DNA from: Flavobacteriales bacterium | GTDB taxonomy: Bacteria > Bacteroidota > Bacteroidia > Flavobacteriales_F > PHOS-HE28 | Assembly (NCBI GenBank): GCA_041691695.1 | Contig: JBEPUG010000004.1 | Span: forward strand, 1-48,429 | DNA: 48,429 nucleotides | Direction: 5' to 3' | Shown here: in pieces, positions 45,598-48,429 of the stretch | Layout of the letters: each line of letters begins with the position of its first letter | Numbering within the stretch: the stretch's first letter is position 1 | Notes under the pieces: generated by a model | The model's input: only the letters and a program-made list of their open reading frames with translations | Told to the model about the DNA's origin: nothing | Database searches by the model: none | Made by a program: the position numbers and the translations under genes

Positions 45598-47751
45598 ATG
45601 AAGTATCTCGTATTCGGCGCTGCTCTCTGCGCGCTTTCCCTTACCACGCAGGCCCAAGTGGCCACGCAGGCGCAGACCACGGATCCAACATTGATGACCG
45701 TGGGCGGGGAGCCCGTTTCCCGCAGCGAGTTCGAGTCCATCTACAAGAAGAACAACAAGGACGCGCCCGTCACGAAGGAAGCCTTGGACCAGTACTTGGA
45801 GCTTTTTGAGAACTATAAGTTGAAGGTGCGTGCCGCTGAAGACCTCGGCATGGACACGGCGGCTGCTTTCAAGAGTGAACTGGCAGGCTACCGCCAGCAG
45901 TTGGCCCGTCCGTACCTGATCGACCGCAGTCTGAACGACCAGCTGATGCAGGAGGCTTACGCCCGCATGGGCGAAGAGATCCGCGCCAGCCACATTCTGG
46001 TGAAGCTTGCACCGGACGCCTCTCCGGAGGACACTTTGGTGGCCTGGAAGCGCATCAACGCATTGCGCGCCGAGGTGGTGGGTGGTAAGGATTTCGGTAC
46101 GGTGGCAAGGAACGAAAGCGATGACCCCAGCGCGAAGGAGAATAGCGGCGACCTCGGCTATTTCAGCGTGCTGCAGATGGTCTATCCGTTCGAGAATGCG
46201 GCCTACAATACTCCAGTGGGGCAGGTGAGCCAGCCCGTACGCACCAAGTTCGGTTACCACATCATCAAGGTCACCGACCGCAGGGCCGCACACGGCGAGA
46301 TCACTGTGGCGCACATCATGATCCGCAGCACGCCGGAAGACAGCCCGGAGAAGCAGGCGGCGGCGGAGAAGAAGATCAATGAGGCGTACAAGGAAGTGAA
46401 CAGCGGCTCGATCTCCTTTGCGGATGGGGCCTTGAAATACAGCGACGATGCGACCACCAACACCAAGGGTGGCGAGCTGCCTCCATTCAGCACGGGCAAG
46501 ATGATCCCCGAGTTCGAGAGCCAAGCCTTCGCGCTGAAAGCCGACGGTGACATCAGCGCGCCTTTCAAGACGCCTTACGGCTGGCACATCGTAAAACGTC
46601 TCAGCTACAAGCCGCTGCCTTCCTTCGAGGATGCGAAGAGTGAATTGAAGACGAAGATCTCCCACGACAGCCGTGCGGAAGTGACGCGCCAGAAATTCCT
46701 CGCTGGCCTGCGCACCGAGTACCACTACAAGGATTTCCCCAAGAACCTCACTGCCGTGGAGAAGGCCTTGGACAGCACCGTATTCAAGAAGGGCAATGTG
46801 ATCCTGGACACGCTGCAACGCAAGGATGTGAAGGAAGGCGTGGTGATGCACAATGGGGAGAAGTATGAGCGTTCCATCAACAGCGTACTGCGCAACGGAA
46901 GGCCTACAAGCCCGAATGCCCGCCAGCCGGAAGGCACGGTGTTGGACCCGAACGATACCGTGGTGGTGCGCGACATGCAAGAGGGCTGGATGAACGACAC
47001 GGTGCGCAACGCGAAGCTCACCAAGCCGGTCTTCACCATCGATGGCAAGACCTACACCCAGAAGCAGTTGCTGGGCTTCATCCAAGAGAAGCAGCGCCAT
47101 GAGCCGGTGCAGCCGATGAAGGCATACGTCCAACAGCGGTTCCAGCAGTTCGTGGATGACCAGTTGTTGGCCTACGAGGACTCCCGCTTGGAGGACAAGT
47201 ACCCGGAGTTCCGCATGCTGATGAAGGAATACCGCGACGGCATCCTGCTCTTCGAGCTCACCGATGAGAATGTGTGGAGCAAGGCCGTAAAGGATACCGT
47301 TGGTCTGGAGCAGTACTACGACCAGCACAAGTATGACTTCATGTATCCTGTGCGCTACGATGTGGACATCTACACCTGCGCCAATGCCGCAGTGGCGAAG
47401 CAGACGCGCGCCTTGGTGGCCAAGGGCAAGTCCGGCAAGGACCTGCTGGCCACGGTGAACAAGAAAGATTCCACGGCGCTGAGCGTCGAGAGCGGTGTCT
47501 TCACCAAAGAGGACAAACCGATGCTGAAGAACATGACCGCGCCCGGCCTCACGGCGGACACCACGGTGGACAACCAAGTGGTATTCGCGAACCTGAAAAA
47601 GGTGGTGCAACCCACGCCGAAGCCACTGAACGAATCCCGCGGCCTCGTCACCGCCGCTTACCAGGACCAGTTGGAGAAGGACTGGATCAAGGAGTTGCGC
47701 GCGAAGTACCCCATAACGGTGAACAAGGAAGTCCTCTACAGCATCAAGTGA
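45598..47751 (+). CDS. peptidyl-prolyl cis-trans isomerase, parvulin type (PpiD/SurA-like, two PpiC domains)
   Basis: Signal peptide; parvulin domains ASHILVKL...GDLGYFSVLQMVYPFENAAY...FGYHIIKV and VAHIMIRS...GGELPPFSTGKMIPEFE...YGWHIVKR. Confidence 0.88.
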   Translation: MKYLVFGAALCALSLTTQAQVATQAQTTDPTLMTVGGEPVSRSEFESIYKKNNKDAPVTKEALDQYLELFENYKLKVRAAEDLGMDTAAAFKSELAGYRQQLARPYLIDRSLNDQLMQEAYARMGEEIRASHILVKLAPDASPEDTLVAWKRINALRAEVVGGKDFGTVARNESDDPSAKENSGDLGYFSVLQMVYPFENAAYNTPVGQVSQPVRTKFGYHIIKVTDRRAAHGEITVAHIMIRSTPEDSPEKQAAAEKKINEAYKEVNSGSISFADGALKYSDDATTNTKGGELPPFSTGKMIPEFESQAFALKADGDISAPFKTPYGWHIVKRLSYKPLPSFEDAKSELKTKISHDSRAEVTRQKFLAGLRTEYHYKDFPKNLTAVEKALDSTVFKKGNVILDTLQRKDVKEGVVMHNGEKYERSINSVLRNGRPTSPNARQPEGTVLDPNDTVVVRDMQEGWMNDTVRNAKLTKPVFTIDGKTYTQKQLLGFIQEKQRHEPVQPMKAYVQQRFQQFVDDQLLAYEDSRLEDKYPEFRMLMKEYRDGILLFELTDENVWSKAVKDTVGLEQYYDQHKYDFMYPVRYDVDIYTCANAAVAKQTRALVAKGKSGKDLLATVNKKDSTALSVESGVFTKEDKPMLKNMTAPGLTADTTVDNQVVFANLKKVVQPTPKPLNESRGLVTAAYQDQLEKDWIKELRAKYPITVNKEVLYSIK

Positions 47752-47756
47752 CCTCT

Positions 47757-48429
47757 ATGAAGGCCCTCCAGCATGGGACCGGCATTGGAAGGGCGGCGAT
47801 CATCGCCGCCCTTCTGCTTGCTTCGTGCGGGAGCAAGCACGATCCCAAGGACCGCGTGGTGGCCGAGGCCTATGGTGAAAAACTATACTGGAGCGACCTG
47901 CGCCCCGTGGTGCCGTTGGATGCCAGCCCCGTGGACAGTGCCGCCATCGCCCGCCGCTATCTGGACAATTGGGCGCGCGACCGGGTGATGGTGCACATGG
48001 CGAATGAGAATCTGGATGAGGCCCAAAAGGACGTGGAGCAACAGATCAAGTCCTATCGTGAAAGCCTGCTCACCTTCGCCTACGAGCAGGCCTTGGTGTT
48101 GCAAAACCTGGACACCGCGGTGAGCGGCTCCCAGATCCAGGACTACTACGATAAGAACATCGCCAATTTCCAACTCAAGGACAATATCGTTCGTGCGCGC
48201 TGGTTCAAGCTCACGGATAAGGATGGTAAACTGCTGAAAAAGGTGGAAGGGTTGTGGCGAAGCGACAAGGAGGAGGACACCCACAAGCTGGAGGTGCTCC
48301 TGGCGCAACATGGGTCTTCCATCAACGACACGCGCGACGAATGGATCGAGTTCAAGACCCTACAACAGCAATTGCCCCTCAACCCGGCAAAGCCACCCGC
48401 ATGGCACGACCCCCAGGCAAAATTGAGCT
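47757..48429 (+). CDS. lipoprotein, SurA N-terminal-like chaperone domain, 3' end off-window
   Basis: ATG 47757 opens MKALQHGTGIGRAAIIAALLLASCGS... (lipobox). The frame stays open to the window end, which explains its absence from the ORF track. The listed 47773-47988 ORF is in another frame. Confidence 0.6.
   Translation, partial: MKALQHGTGIGRAAIIAALLLASCGSKHDPKDRVVAEAYGEKLYWSDLRPVVPLDASPVDSAAIARRYLDNWARDRVMVHMANENLDEAQKDVEQQIKSYRESLLTFAYEQALVLQNLDTAVSGSQIQDYYDKNIANFQLKDNIVRARWFKLTDKDGKLLKKVEGLWRSDKEEDTHKLEVLLAQHGSSINDTRDEWIEFKTLQQQLPLNPAKPPAWHDPQAKLS

Noticed and set aside
45351-45809. 152-aa plus-strand ORF across the large intergenic region into the PPIase gene
   Set aside because: It has a Pro/Ser/Ala/Arg-rich low-complexity translation, overlaps the PPIase start out of frame, and has no motifs.
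45577-47610. 677-aa ORF on the minus strand
   Set aside because: It is entirely antisense to the well-supported parvulin PPIase gene. Its H/L/R/V/G-rich low-complexity translation has no recognisable motifs, as expected of a shadow ORF in GC-rich DNA.

Overview
GC-rich chromosomal segment that looks Bacteroidota-like: three ORFs end in T9SS-type C-terminal sorting domains, the primary sigma factor is short (~290 aa), a GxxExxY-family gene is present, and TAnnTT(T/C)G -7-like boxes recur upstream of start codons. The coding content is mostly housekeeping. It includes gyrB, rpoD, pnp-rpsO, accD, a class I aldolase, a BamA/TamA-like protein, a TrmH-family methyltransferase, hisS, hutH and rsmE. 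It also includes a MacAB-like ABC exporter operon, a three-lipoprotein CsgG/LPP20-like operon, an MltF-like transglycosylase, acpH and a LytS/LytTR two-component pair. The rest comprises three T9SS cargo genes, OmpH/OstA-like envelope genes, a vWA plus ChlI-like AAA+ pair, an amino-acid permease and parvulin-type PPIases. I found no rRNA, tRNA or CRISPR array. Many listed ORFs are antisense shadows or over-extended N-termini, and starts below are trimmed where signal peptides or conserved N-termini indicate it. I do not see a convincing new multi-gene defence island. The most unusual signals are intergenic. (1) Two small nuclease-family genes, an intact GIY-YIG and a frameshifted GxxExxY, are each bracketed by inverted repeats with GTCAT-initiated hairpin arms. 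(2) Gene-less imperfect palindromes built from short sequence words fill several same-strand gene junctions, one of them inside the ABC operon. (3) A near-identical 30-nt palindrome sits exactly 12 nt upstream of two unrelated start codons. The most interesting protein-level candidates are the CsgG/HfaB-like plus two LPP20-like lipoprotein operon and the vWA/AAA+ pair with deviant Walker motifs. All family calls come from reading motifs by eye and none was checked by a database search.
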